From: a virus
Length of the DNA stretch: 64,000 nt
Virus record (IMG/VR): IMGVR_UViG_3300018429_000060
Span: 1-64,000 of that record
Reading direction: 5' to 3' (one strand)
The position numbers were made by a program, and so were the translations under genes. Numbering within the stretch: the first letter of the stretch is position 1; each line of letters opens with the position of its first letter. Positions 40,351 to 50,452 of this stretch are shown here, piece by piece. The notes under the pieces are model-generated. The model searched no databases. It was not told the DNA's origin and saw nothing but the letters and a program-made list of their open reading frames with translations.

Positions 40351-41628
40351 ATGTATGACCACTGGCTGACCCTCGGCGGTGTCGAGCTCGTCAACTCCAC
40401 CCGCGCCGCCCAGTACGCCGGCGCCCTCGGGATCACCGTGGTGCGGTGCGCCGGCTGCCGCGACATCACCCGCGCCCTGCGCGACGCCCCGTATACGCTG
40501 CCCGGCGACCCGGACAACCCCGCACCCTGGTACGACCCGTCGCTGCCCGAGTCGGCCGGGTTCGCCGGCCTGGTCGGGGTGGAGTTCGAGGGCCTGTCCC
40601 GCGGCACCGGCGGCCGCCAGACGGTGCCGCTGCTCGGCGCCGGCTCCGCGATCGGCGGGCTGCGCCGCGGCGCTCGGGAGGTGCTGGTCAAGGCGCTCAT
40701 GCTGGCCACCACCGACGCCGCCATGTCCTACGGCACCGCCTGGCTGGCGTCGGCGCTGCGCGGGTCGATCTGCCAGACGTCCTGCGTCGCCGACGAGCTG
40801 TGCGTGTTCGCCTACTGCCCCAGCTGCGCCTCCCCGCCGCCGGACCCGCCGGCCTACGACTCGTGCGGGGACGCGGCGCTGCGCACCGTGCTGGACACCG
40901 GGCTGCTCGCCGGCCCGACACCCACCCGCACCCTCACCGTCGGCGGGGGCGTCCTCACCGAGGTCGAGTTCTCGCTGGTGTGCGGGCAGCCGTTCCTGTG
41001 GCGGCAGCCGCGGTACGTGACCGGAACCGGCCAACCCGGTGTGTCGCCGGCGCCGCCGATCGGCCCCGGTGAGGGCTGCGTGGAGAGCATCGACTGCGCC
41101 CACGACCCGCTGTGTCTGCCGCTGCCGCCGCCGATCCGGCCGCCGGCGCCGCCCAACCCGTGTTTCCCCGGACCGCCGCCGGTGGGCGACACCCGCCGCA
41201 CCATCGTGACCGTGCCGCCGGGGCTGCTGCCGCAGTGGTTCGAGAACGTGCCGATCCTGGAGATCCGCACCGGGTCGCTGGCCCTGCGGCGGGTCACGAT
41301 CCGCTTCTACTCCAACCCGGCGCTCTATGAGTGCGCCGAGTACGTCGACCCGTGCACCGCCTGCGCCGAGATCAACATCCCGTACCTGCCGCGCGGGGTG
41401 GTGTTCCGCCTGGACGGGCGGCTGGAGCGGGCGACGGTCGACTGCCCCGGCGGCCCCGGCCTCGACGTCGCCGACGTCGAGGTGTTCGGCCCCGGCGGCG
41501 GCCTGTTCGAGTGGCCCATCTTCGAGTGCAACACGTCGCTGTGCATCGAGGTCGTCGTGCAGCAGTCCACCGCGGCGCCGGACTCGCGCATCGACCTGTG
41601 GATGGCCGCCCGAGAGGACGCCGCCTGA
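40351..41628 (+). CDS. minor tail protein (distal-tail position)
   Basis: directly after tape measure; 'LGGVELVNSTR', 'APWYDP..PES..FAG'; Cys-rich. Confidence 0.7.
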   Translation: MYDHWLTLGGVELVNSTRAAQYAGALGITVVRCAGCRDITRALRDAPYTLPGDPDNPAPWYDPSLPESAGFAGLVGVEFEGLSRGTGGRQTVPLLGAGSAIGGLRRGAREVLVKALMLATTDAAMSYGTAWLASALRGSICQTSCVADELCVFAYCPSCASPPPDPPAYDSCGDAALRTVLDTGLLAGPTPTRTLTVGGGVLTEVEFSLVCGQPFLWRQPRYVTGTGQPGVSPAPPIGPGEGCVESIDCAHDPLCLPLPPPIRPPAPPNPCFPGPPPVGDTRRTIVTVPPGLLPQWFENVPILEIRTGSLALRRVTIRFYSNPALYECAEYVDPCTACAEINIPYLPRGVVFRLDGRLERATVDCPGGPGLDVADVEVFGPGGGLFEWPIFECNTSLCIEVVVQQSTAAPDSRIDLWMAAREDAA

Positions 41629-42758
41629 TGCTCGGCTGCGCCCAGAACTACGCCGCGGCGATCCACGAACGCGGCGGCCGCCGCCGCGTGGTGACCCTGT
41701 CCGGGATCACCCGCATCGGGTGGGAACGCAAACTCGACGACTTCTCCGACGCCACCGTGGTGCTGGCCAAAGCGAAGGCCAGTCGCGCCTGTCTGCGCAG
41801 CCTGGGGCCGATCGAGCCGTGGCAGCACGAGGTGTCGCTCTACCGCGACGGGCAGCGGGTGTGGGAGGGGCCGCTGTTCGACTTCGAGGAGAGCCGGGCC
41901 TCCATCACCCTCACCGCCCGCGATCCGCTGGCCTGGCTCACCCGCCGCGCCCTGCACACCGTGGCGCCGGCCGGGCCGGTCAACGCCGCCGCCTACGCCG
42001 ACACCGTCATCCGCGACGCGTTGGGCTACGCCGGGCAGGACCCGAACCTGATCCCGTTCTTGCAGATCACCACGACCAACTCGCCCACCACCCAGCGGGA
42101 GACGCAGCCGTTGACCGTCACCGCCGGCGCCGAGCTGGCCGAGATCGCCAAGGCCGGCCTGGACTACTTCGCCATCGGCCGCAGCATCCACGTGCTGCCC
42201 GACCGGGTCGACTACACGGTGCGGCCCTACCGGCTGCGCGAGGAGCACTTCCTGGCCGACCTCACCGTGCGCAAGGTCGGCTCCGAGGCCGCCACCAAGG
42301 CGTACGTGGTGGGCACCGGGGAGACCGGCGCCGCCCCGGTCGGTGAGTTCGGGGGCCCAGCGGCCGGCTACGGCCTGATCGAGAACGTGTCCACCAGCCA
42401 GAACACCTCCGACCTGGGGGTGCTCGCCGGGATCGGCGCCAAGGTCGTCGGCTACGGCAACCCGGTGCCCTACACGGTGCTCGTGCCCACCGGCAGCCAA
42501 CTGTCGCCGCGCGCCCCGATCGGCATCCCGGACCTCGTCCCCGGCCGGTACATCCAGGTGGCCATCGCCAACTACGCGGTTCCGGTGCTCGCGCTGATGA
42601 AGCTCAACCAGGTCGGTTGTTCCTGGACCCCGGACACTCCCGAGCAGGTCAGCGTGGCGTTGATCCCCAAGGACGTGTTCGACCTGCCGCCGGCCGAGCT
42701 CGCCGAGCTCGTCGCCGCCGACCACGCCCGCGGCGGTGTGCTGGCCGGTGCGCGGTGA
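41628..42758 (+). CDS. minor tail protein (hub-like)
   Basis: TGATG coupling; 'WERKLDDFS', 'YRDGQRVWEGP', 'ARDPLAWL'. Confidence 0.7.
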   Translation: MLGCAQNYAAAIHERGGRRRVVTLSGITRIGWERKLDDFSDATVVLAKAKASRACLRSLGPIEPWQHEVSLYRDGQRVWEGPLFDFEESRASITLTARDPLAWLTRRALHTVAPAGPVNAAAYADTVIRDALGYAGQDPNLIPFLQITTTNSPTTQRETQPLTVTAGAELAEIAKAGLDYFAIGRSIHVLPDRVDYTVRPYRLREEHFLADLTVRKVGSEAATKAYVVGTGETGAAPVGEFGGPAAGYGLIENVSTSQNTSDLGVLAGIGAKVVGYGNPVPYTVLVPTGSQLSPRAPIGIPDLVPGRYIQVAIANYAVPVLALMKLNQVGCSWTPDTPEQVSVALIPKDVFDLPPAELAELVAADHARGGVLAGAR

Positions 42759-43009
42759 TCAAGAGCAGTCCCAACGCGAGCCTGGGCCAGTACGCGGTGC
42801 GTGACCGGCTGCGGGCCCACGCCCGCGCCGCCCAGCCCGCCGGCGCCCGCGCCCCGGCCGCCCCATACGGCGCGGCGCCGCCGGCGGTGGTGGTGATCGG
42901 CGACTACCGGCTCGACGTCGACCCCGACACCGGCGCGCTGATCGCCGTGCACCAACCCACCGGCCACACCCAGACCCTGTTCGCACCACCGTGGGGAGAC
43001 CCGACATGA
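42755..43009 (+). CDS. small tail protein
   Basis: GTGA coupling; 'VIGDYRL..DPDTGALIA'. Confidence 0.55.
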   Translation: MIKSSPNASLGQYAVRDRLRAHARAAQPAGARAPAAPYGAAPPAVVVIGDYRLDVDPDTGALIAVHQPTGHTQTLFAPPWGDPT

Positions 43010-43049
43010 CGACCCTCGCTCCAGCGCCGACCGCGGGAGGGCGGCGGTA

Positions 43050-44951
43050 ATGGGCCGCTGCGGATGCGCCTCCGGCTGCGGCTGCCGCCACCAGGGCCGC
43101 AACGGCGTCATCACCTCGGGCACCGGCTCGGTCGACTCGCCGATCATCGTCGAGCTGGCCAACCCGATGGACACCATCGGCTGCAACGTCATCATGGACT
43201 GCGTCGGGTCACACCTCGGTGCCGGAATGCGCTACGACCCGGTCACCCACCGCGTCGCGGCGCGGCTGTCCACCGACGGCGGCAACACCCTGGAGTTCGG
43301 CACCGACAACGGCCTGTTCACCGGCGGCGCCGGCGGCGCCGGCGGCTTCGCCACCGTCCAGTCGCTCGTCGACGCCACCGAACCGGTCGTCGGCAGCGTC
43401 TACGGCGCCGGCTACACGCAGTACCCCGAGGGGCGGCTGGAGAGCTACGAGCAGGCCATGGCCATCGAGCTGCCGCTGATCCAGGTGCCGGTGCGCCGCT
43501 CCGCGGACCGGCGGCTGTGGGCGGTGCACTACCGCAACCTGGGGTTCTACAACTGGCGCTACGCCGGCCTCATCACCGACGGGTTCGACCAGAAGATGGG
43601 CCGCCACGTGTGGCTCACCCCCGGCGGTGAACCGACCATCAACCCGGCCACCAGCGAGAAGGGCTTCACCGCCCTGGCCGGGTACATGGGCTACGGCACC
43701 CAGGACTCCTACGGGCTGGCCACCGTCGCCGACGTCGCCCGCGTCGTGCAGCGCCGCGCGGTGCTGCTGCTGGACGTCCTCGACATCGGCCTCGGTCCCG
43801 CCGACACCCCCGCGCCGAGCCTCACCTACAGCGCGCTGCGGACGCTGATCCGCCGCATGGGACTGACCGCGTCGGCGATCGTGTGCTCGGAGTGGCCGCT
43901 GTCGGCCACCCCGGCCGAACGCGCGGAGATCCGCGCCGGGCTGCTCGCGCTGCTGTCCGACGGGGTGGCCATCGGCCTGCGGATCATGACCGCGGCGACG
44001 GCCGCGGCGATGACCCCGGCGGCCATGGTCGCCGACGGCTACACCTGGGTGATCGTGCACTACGCGCTGGCCGACACGAACCCGGCGACGGTGAAGGCGT
44101 ACAAGGACGCCGGGCTGCACGTGCTGCTCACCCCAGGGCACCGGCAGTGGCAGTACGAGCTGATGCGCGACGCCACCACGTTCGGCCCCGGCGGGCTGAA
44201 GGGCATCCTCTGCTCCGACCCGCTGTACTGCGCCGGCGAGCAGTTCGCCCACGTGGTGCGGCGGCCGTTCGTCGACTGGTTCTGGGGCACCCCGGACTAC
44301 GGCCGCCACGCGGCCTGGTCCGACGACATCCCCGGCGCGCACGCCCGGTACCGCGGCTACACCAACAGCGGCGAGGGCGGCACCCTCTCGCTGGACGGCA
44401 ACATCCTGCTGCCGGGCGATGATCCCTCGTACCGCACCACCGGCTACTACCTGCTCGCCGGAGAGCTCAACCCGATCGCCTGGCCCCAGTACGACCTGGA
44501 GGTCGGGTTCGTCTGGCAGGCGCTGACCACCGACCGGACCCGGTGGATCGCGGTCTGGTTCGGCTCCCCGAACGACCGCGACCTGCGCGAGTGGACGTTG
44601 GCGACCACTCACACCAAGGGCTACAACCTGCAGCTGACCCAGACCGGCCAATTCGTGCTGGAACGCTACGACGGCGTGGTGGGCGCCGACCCGCCCTACC
44701 AGTCGGTGCTGGTGTGGGAGTCCGGGTGGGGCACCGTCACCCCCGGCGTGCAGTACCGGATCAAGATCCGGGTCCGCGGCGACCGCATCATCGTCGGCCC
44801 CGCGTCGGAGACGAGCTCCGGGCCGGGCACCCGCGCCCTGATGGACACCACGTGGCGCGGTCCCTACCTCTACTTCGGCCGGCATTTCTTCCACAACGCG
44901 GACTCGGTCCGTATCCGCTGGGTGCAACCGGTCATCACCGAGGTCCCGTGA
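43050..44951 (+). CDS. tail protein with degenerate GDPD-like domain and C-terminal beta-sandwich
   Basis: 'YPEGRLESYEQAM...IQVPVRRSADRRLWAVH', 'GLHV', 'KGILCSDP' echo the GDPD TIM barrel; N-terminal CGC and 'RLSTDGGNTLEFGTDNGL'. Confidence 0.6.
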   Translation: MGRCGCASGCGCRHQGRNGVITSGTGSVDSPIIVELANPMDTIGCNVIMDCVGSHLGAGMRYDPVTHRVAARLSTDGGNTLEFGTDNGLFTGGAGGAGGFATVQSLVDATEPVVGSVYGAGYTQYPEGRLESYEQAMAIELPLIQVPVRRSADRRLWAVHYRNLGFYNWRYAGLITDGFDQKMGRHVWLTPGGEPTINPATSEKGFTALAGYMGYGTQDSYGLATVADVARVVQRRAVLLLDVLDIGLGPADTPAPSLTYSALRTLIRRMGLTASAIVCSEWPLSATPAERAEIRAGLLALLSDGVAIGLRIMTAATAAAMTPAAMVADGYTWVIVHYALADTNPATVKAYKDAGLHVLLTPGHRQWQYELMRDATTFGPGGLKGILCSDPLYCAGEQFAHVVRRPFVDWFWGTPDYGRHAAWSDDIPGAHARYRGYTNSGEGGTLSLDGNILLPGDDPSYRTTGYYLLAGELNPIAWPQYDLEVGFVWQALTTDRTRWIAVWFGSPNDRDLREWTLATTHTKGYNLQLTQTGQFVLERYDGVVGADPPYQSVLVWESGWGTVTPGVQYRIKIRVRGDRIIVGPASETSSGPGTRALMDTTWRGPYLYFGRHFFHNADSVRIRWVQPVITEVP

Positions 44952-45790
44952 TCCCCGTTCGGAAGGTGACTACCCCCGTGACCCCTCCTGCAACGCGCCG
45001 CCGCGCCAAGACCACCCCGGCGGCGCCGCCGCCGGCCGCGCCGGCGCCGGGTGCCGCCTTGCTGGCCACCATCGCCGGCACCTGGAACCCCGGCGGCGTG
45101 CCGGCGCTCACCGCGCTGACCTATCCCGGCGCCCAGCGCGACGCCACCACCGCGGTGCAGGGCGTGCTAGGCGTCGCCGACTCCCTCATCGACTTCTACC
45201 TGGTGGCCACCCGCCACCCCGGCGGGCCGGTCTACCGCACGCTGTGGCGGCTGCTCGCCAGCTCGTCCGGCCCGACGCTGCGGATCGGCCCGGCCCAGAC
45301 GCACCCCTCGCAGCTGTTCCTGTGGTTGACCCTGCGGCCGCTGGGCGAACAGCTGCAGATGGTCGGCGACCTGGCTATGCCGGACATGCCCTACCGCGGT
45401 GTCCTCGCCGAGCTGGTGCCGGCGCTGCTGCTGCGCCACTACTGGGGTCCGGCCGCCCGGCAGATCACCGTCGGCGGTCTCGGCACCGGCACCTTCACCC
45501 CGCAGACGCTCGGCTGGCGCGACCGGTTCAGCCCCGACGTCGACGTCACCGTTCCCTACGAGCAGCCCGACCTCGCCATGTACTGGTTCGCCCAGCCGCC
45601 GGCGAGCCCACCGCCGGCGTTGTGGCTGGTCACCACCGACGCCGAGCCGGTCGGGTGGAAGGTGTCCTACTGCGTCGAACGGCCCGAGCAGCCGGCCGCC
45701 GAGCGGTGGGACGACCCGGCGCAGCCGGTGCCGCAATTCGACCCGTTGGTGTGGCCCGCAGGGCCGGATCCGAGCCACCCCGGCCCCTAA
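44948..45790 (+). CDS. hypothetical protein
   Basis: GTGA coupled; GC3-rich. Confidence 0.55.
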   Translation: MIPVRKVTTPVTPPATRRRAKTTPAAPPPAAPAPGAALLATIAGTWNPGGVPALTALTYPGAQRDATTAVQGVLGVADSLIDFYLVATRHPGGPVYRTLWRLLASSSGPTLRIGPAQTHPSQLFLWLTLRPLGEQLQMVGDLAMPDMPYRGVLAELVPALLLRHYWGPAARQITVGGLGTGTFTPQTLGWRDRFSPDVDVTVPYEQPDLAMYWFAQPPASPPPALWLVTTDAEPVGWKVSYCVERPEQPAAERWDDPAQPVPQFDPLVWPAGPDPSHPGP

Positions 45791-45801
45791 CATCGGCAGG
45801 C

Positions 45802-46245
45802 GTGTGCGACGACCCGCGCTGCTCCGCGCACCTGCAGACACCGGCGCAGCGCCTGGCGCAGCTGGCCATGCAGATCGGCCGGTCCGGCTGGGCACTGGTG
45901 GGCAACCTGCCCAGTCCCGAGCACCCGGCCGGGTACGCCTACACCGTCGGGATGACCCCGCGTGGCCTGCCGGAGCTGCTGATGGACGGCGACCCCGAGC
46001 ACGTGCGGACGCCGCTGGGCGACCTGGTCGACGCCCTGCTGCTCACCCCGGACGCGTTCGTCGACGGCAACCACGTCCGGGTCATCACCCCTGGCGGTGA
46101 TCCGTTCACCGTGCGGCTGGCCGGCCCCACCGAGGCCCTGACCCGCCGGGCCTGCCTGGCGGTCGAGCTCTACGCCTCGCGGCACACGCTCCGGGTGATG
46201 GAGGTCGCGACGGCGATGGTGGCCCTCCCCAACACCGCCGGTTGA
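45802..46245 (+). CDS. DUF4262-like protein
   Basis: 'GWALV...YAYTVGM..RGLPELLM.G' motif. Confidence 0.65.
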   Translation: MCDDPRCSAHLQTPAQRLAQLAMQIGRSGWALVGNLPSPEHPAGYAYTVGMTPRGLPELLMDGDPEHVRTPLGDLVDALLLTPDAFVDGNHVRVITPGGDPFTVRLAGPTEALTRRACLAVELYASRHTLRVMEVATAMVALPNTAG

Positions 46246-46293
46246 TCACCGACTATCGTCGGGAACCGGTCAGGGGGCTGACCGGAGGACTTC

Positions 46294-46749
46294 GTGAGTT
46301 CGCCCTGCCCGCCGGCGCCCGCTGCAGCGGGCCCGCCGGTGGTGGTGCTGTCTGGTTGCACCCGCGAGGCCGCGCTGGTGGCTCGCATCGCCGCCGCCGT
46401 CGACCACGCCGGAGCCCGGCTGCGACTGCCTGACAGCCCCGACCTACCCGAGGACCCGACCTCGGAGGACCTCATCGCCGCCCGCCGGGTCCGCAGCCGT
46501 CGGCAGATGGACGCCATCGCCGACCCGGCGACGATCGCCGTGGTGGTGGCCAACACCGCTCAGGACGGCCGGCCGAACCACGTCGAGCCGAGCGCGCTGG
46601 CCGAGATCGCCGTCGCGTTCGCCCACCGCGTGCCGGTGTTCCTGCTGCACGGGCTGCCGCTGCCCTACCTCGACGAGCTCACCGCCTGGGACGTCGTCTG
46701 CTTGCACGCCGACCTCGACCGGCTGGGCGCCTTGCTCACCGCCGCGTAA
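46294..46749 (+). CDS. nucleoside 2-deoxyribosyltransferase-like fold protein
   Basis: 'VVVAN...SALAEIAVAFAHRVPVFLL' pattern. Confidence 0.45.
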   Translation: MSSPCPPAPAAAGPPVVVLSGCTREAALVARIAAAVDHAGARLRLPDSPDLPEDPTSEDLIAARRVRSRRQMDAIADPATIAVVVANTAQDGRPNHVEPSALAEIAVAFAHRVPVFLLHGLPLPYLDELTAWDVVCLHADLDRLGALLTAA

Positions 46750-46769
46750 CCAGCCGAAAGGAACCCATC

Positions 46770-47006
46770 GTGGACGCCATCAAGAAGGGCCAACGGGTCA
46801 CCGGCACGGCTCGCGACAAGCTGGCCGCCGACCTCAAGAAGAAGTACGAGAAGGGCGCATCCGTGCGGGCGCTGGCCGACAGCCTCGGCCGCTCCTACGG
46901 CTTCGTGCACCGGATTCTGGCCGAGACCGACGTGACGATGCGGGGCCGCGGTGGCGCCACCCGCACGCGGAAGCCGGCCCGCCCCCACCAGCAGGTGTCC
47001 GCGTGA
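46770..47006 (+). CDS. small conserved actinobacterial HTH DNA-binding protein
   Basis: 'KKGQRVTGTARDKLAADLKKKYEKGASVRALADSLGRSYGFVHRIL...RGRGGA'; AAGGAA RBS. Confidence 0.85.
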   Translation: MDAIKKGQRVTGTARDKLAADLKKKYEKGASVRALADSLGRSYGFVHRILAETDVTMRGRGGATRTRKPARPHQQVSA

Positions 47007-48037
47007 CCGAACTGCCCGTGGCGTTGCTCAACATCCGCGACGGCTGCCGGGTGTCGTTCGGCGCCTACGACTTCAGTCCGCTGCGGCGGGTGTTCGCCGA
47101 CGTGGCCACCCCACCGGCCATCCTGGCGGTCAACGAGGCCAAGGACTGGGGCCTGCACGGCAAACGCGGGTTGCGGCTGGCCGTCGCGGAGCTGCGCCGC
47201 ATCTTCGACGTGCCCTATGTGGGGGAGGTGGGGGTCTCACCGCGCGGTCCGGCCGCCCCGGCGCTGGTCTACGACCCGTGCCAGGTGCACGTCGACTTCT
47301 GGGGCGACCCGAGCCGCACCCTCGACCAGGACGGCTGCCCGCGGTGCGACCCGCCGCGGCCGGCGCTGGTCTATGACCCGCGGCGGGTGCACCTCGACGT
47401 CTGGGGCGAGCGGGGCCTGACCGTCGCCCACGACAAGCACAACCTGGCGCTGTGCCACACCGTCGACGGGCAGCCGTTCGCGGTCCTCGTCGACCACTGG
47501 AGCCCGTTCGACGGCAACGATCGGCTGGCGCGGGCCAAGATCATCACCACCTACGGCCTGTGGGACCAGCCGCTGCTGTTGGCCGGTGACCTGAACGGCA
47601 CAGCGTCCGGGCCGCACTGGCCGACCCGCGACTGGCTGGCGTGTCCGTACCAGCTGCGCCACGCCAAGGGTGTGCAGGCCGCCGACAGCAGCTGGTCGGC
47701 CGACACCAGGGCGGTGGATCAGCTCATCGGCCGGTGGAACCCCGGCATCCGGCGCCGCGACGAGGGCGCCGGGTTCCATGCGGTGCCGGAGCTCGCGCTG
47801 GCCCAGGGCATGGCGGACGCCGAGGCGATGTGCCCCACCAGCGACGTCGGCGAGTACCGGGGCGGCGAGCTGGTCATCGACCTGATGCTGCTGAACCAGG
47901 CGTGGGTCGACGGCGGCGGACTGGTGCCGGGCACCTTCCGGGTGCACCGGCCGCCGCCGGGGTGCGTGTTCCCGGACAGCTGGTTCTTCGACCACTGGCT
48001 GACCACCGCCACGCTGTTGCTGCGCCGTCGCCGGTAG
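47003..48037 (+). CDS. endonuclease/exonuclease/phosphatase (EEP) family protein
   Basis: 'LLN', 'AVNE', 'DHW', 'LAGDLN', 'IDLML', terminal 'DH' motifs. Confidence 0.75.
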   Translation: MTELPVALLNIRDGCRVSFGAYDFSPLRRVFADVATPPAILAVNEAKDWGLHGKRGLRLAVAELRRIFDVPYVGEVGVSPRGPAAPALVYDPCQVHVDFWGDPSRTLDQDGCPRCDPPRPALVYDPRRVHLDVWGERGLTVAHDKHNLALCHTVDGQPFAVLVDHWSPFDGNDRLARAKIITTYGLWDQPLLLAGDLNGTASGPHWPTRDWLACPYQLRHAKGVQAADSSWSADTRAVDQLIGRWNPGIRRRDEGAGFHAVPELALAQGMADAEAMCPTSDVGEYRGGELVIDLMLLNQAWVDGGGLVPGTFRVHRPPPGCVFPDSWFFDHWLTTATLLLRRRR

Positions 48038-48044
48038 GTAGGTC

Positions 48045-48653
48045 TCAGCCGCCGCGGCCGCGGCGGCCGAGGGCGGCCATGGCGGCCAGGAACGAGGACT
48101 CCTCCAGCTCGTCGGTCCACGTCGGTGGCACGGCGTCGCGGCGGTTGCCGCTGACCGTGAGGTGCGGCGCCGGCTGCCACAGCTCGGCGTCGAGGCGGGC
48201 GAAGTCGCCCTTCTCCACGCACATCGACCGCCGCCACGCGTACACCGCGGCGAGCAGCCGCCCGATCGGCAGCCCGAGCGGGTCCAGGCCCGACGTGGTG
48301 GCGCACCAGCCGTCGAACACCATCCAGTTGCTGTAGGCGCCGCCGGCCAGCCGCGCCGCGGTGTGGAAGTCGACCCCGCAGGCATGGGTCAGGACCTGCT
48401 CGGCGACCGCTTCGAGGTCGTCGAGGTCGAACGCGTCGTCCGGGTCACCCAGGCGCCGGGTCAGCCGGCGGGAGCCGTCGCCGGCGAGCAGCTGCGGCAC
48501 GATCCGCAGCCACGACCACGGCCGCTCGTACACCAGCGCCTCCAGCCAGACCCGACTGTCCAGCAGCGGCAGCGTGAACTCGTCGTCGTCGAGCGTGAAA
48601 CACAGCGGGAACGTCGCCGGTGGACCGTGGTGGGCCAGCGCCAGGTTAGGCAC
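48045..48653 (-). CDS. tail assembly chaperone-like protein 2
   Basis: 'W..FDGWC...GLDPL.LP..RLL..VYAW...LDAEL' recalled from pre-tape-measure actinophage genes. Confidence 0.55.
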   Translation of the reverse strand: MPNLALAHHGPPATFPLCFTLDDDEFTLPLLDSRVWLEALVYERPWSWLRIVPQLLAGDGSRRLTRRLGDPDDAFDLDDLEAVAEQVLTHACGVDFHTAARLAGGAYSNWMVFDGWCATTSGLDPLGLPIGRLLAAVYAWRRSMCVEKGDFARLDAELWQPAPHLTVSGNRRDAVPPTWTDELEESSFLAAMAALGRRGRGG

Positions 48654-49353
48654 GGCCGCCGGTGCGGGCCGCCGCGCGCCGCTCGGCCCGGTTGGCCGGC
48701 CCCGGCAGCCAGGTCTGGGCGAGCTGGGTGACGAACTCCGCGACGTGCTCCAGATCCAGCTCGTCGTGCTGGGACCGCATCCGGTGCGAGATGACCAGCG
48801 CGTCGGCCGGCTCCAACGCCGAGTCCAGGAACAGACCGATCGCGGCCGCCTGCTGGCCCAGGTTCGCGCCGACGGCGAGGCTGGCCGCGGCGAACAGCAA
48901 CACGATGTCCTTCGGTGGGTGCGCCACGAACCGCACCTCGAGGTCGTCGTGCACCACGGTGATCGACTCGCCGGCCGGCGGCCGCCCCTGGACGGGTTCG
49001 ACGATCACCGGCTCCGGCTGGCCGTCGTCGGGCCAGTTGGTCCACCGGTCGGCCAGGCCGCCGATCAGCAGCAGCGTCTCGTCCAGGGCGACCGGGTCGG
49101 CCCGGTCGATGATCCGCTCGAAGTAGCGGTGGCGCTGCACCGGATCCAGCACGCTGTTGACGAACTGCATGATCGCCTCGGCGCGGTCGGCGTCGCCGAC
49201 CCCACCGGCCGCGACCACCTGCGCGAAGTACAGAGTGGCGTCCTTGGGCCGCTGCAGCGTCCACTCGTCGCCGCAGAACACCACCGGCACCGGATGGTGC
49301 ACGCGGGTCCGCGCGGGCGTGGTGAAGGTCAGGGTGGTGGTGGCGTTGCTCAC
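48646..49353 (-). CDS. tail assembly chaperone-like protein 1 (two internal domain copies)
   Basis: GTG at 49353; repeated 'PKD...F..S.L.P...R...D...L' units. Confidence 0.55.
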   Translation of the reverse strand: MSNATTTLTFTTPARTRVHHPVPVVFCGDEWTLQRPKDATLYFAQVVAAGGVGDADRAEAIMQFVNSVLDPVQRHRYFERIIDRADPVALDETLLLIGGLADRWTNWPDDGQPEPVIVEPVQGRPPAGESITVVHDDLEVRFVAHPPKDIVLLFAAASLAVGANLGQQAAAIGLFLDSALEPADALVISHRMRSQHDELDLEHVAEFVTQLAQTWLPGPANRAERRAAARTGGRA

Positions 49354-49537
49354 CGGCGGGGCCCTTCTCGGGTGCCGCGCCACCACGATCACGGGGCAGG
49401 CGCAGGCGCGAACACGGGGGTTGCGCCGGCGGCCACTGCGCGCCAGTCCCGGACCTCGCCGAATGCTAGCCGCCAGCGGCCCGCCGCAGCGGGCCCCGAC
49501 GCGGTGGCCACCTGCCCCAATACCCCACCGAGCGGTC

Positions 49538-49558
49538 AGTAATCATGATATGATTACT
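49538..49558 (+). promoter_or_regulatory. palindromic operator overlapping an extended -10 (TGnTATGAT)
   Basis: AGTAATCAT-gat-ATGATTACT perfect inverted repeat. Confidence 0.65.
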
Positions 49559-49694
49559 AAGTAATACCGCTTTGTGTCAGAGAAAAAGACCAGCCCGCCT
49601 ACCGCCGAGGCGGCCTGCGGGCTGATCACCAGTTGAGAAGTCTCCCCGCCCATCCCGGCCCGCAGGGCCAGTCCAAGTGAAAGGAACCTCTCGG

Positions 49695-50204
49695 ATGCGA
49701 CTCTACTCCCCGGCCCGCCTGGTCGTCGACGCCACCAGCTGCCCCGGCGGCGGCCACCCCGGCGCCCGCGACCCCGTCCAGTCCATCACCGGCGCCGGGC
49801 GACTGTTCGGCCGCTGCCGGCACTGCCGCGAGCTGCACCGCATCGTCTTCAAGGGCGGCGCCGCCGGACCGATCGTGCAGCACTTCGAGCCGTACCGGCT
49901 GATCCTGCACCCGGCCGACGGCGACCGGTCGGCGACCCTGGACCCGGTCCACCCGACCGGCCTGGACCCCCTCGGGGTCGGCCTGGTCGCCGCGATCGCC
50001 TGGCACGACCCCGAGGCGGACCGCATCCGCGCCACCTGGCACGGCGGCCCGCGGCACCGGTCCACCACCCACGCCCTGGCGCCGCGGCTGCTCGATCAGG
50101 CGCGCCCGCACCTCACCTTCACCCAGCAGCACACCCGCGACGGCGACGTGGTCGAGCTGGTCCTGGCCGGCGCCGCCTGGGAGCTGCCGCAGTGGACGCC
50201 GTGA
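49695..50204 (+). CDS. hypothetical protein
   Basis: AAGGAA RBS; CxxC motif. Confidence 0.55.
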   Translation: MRLYSPARLVVDATSCPGGGHPGARDPVQSITGAGRLFGRCRHCRELHRIVFKGGAAGPIVQHFEPYRLILHPADGDRSATLDPVHPTGLDPLGVGLVAAIAWHDPEADRIRATWHGGPRHRSTTHALAPRLLDQARPHLTFTQQHTRDGDVVELVLAGAAWELPQWTP

Positions 50205-50452
50205 CGCGCCGGCCCGCGCGGTGTCCTCGGCCATGACCGGCCCGGCACCGGCGGCCGCGTTCGTCATCGAGCCGTTGACCGCCGGTAGGCCGATCACCTG
50301 GATCACCCCCGACCACCGCCGCGGCGCGGTGTACGTGCGGTGGATCAAGCCCGCCCGCAAGCCGCTGCGGACGGGCCCGCACCAGACCGACGACGACCTC
50401 ACCCGAAGCCGCCACCGCACCCCACGCTGAGTGCGTTTCCGCAGGTCAACAC

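Noticed and set aside
48045-49353. Programmed frameshift between the chaperone-like genes
   Set aside because: No slippery heptamer recognised; the genes overlap with their own starts
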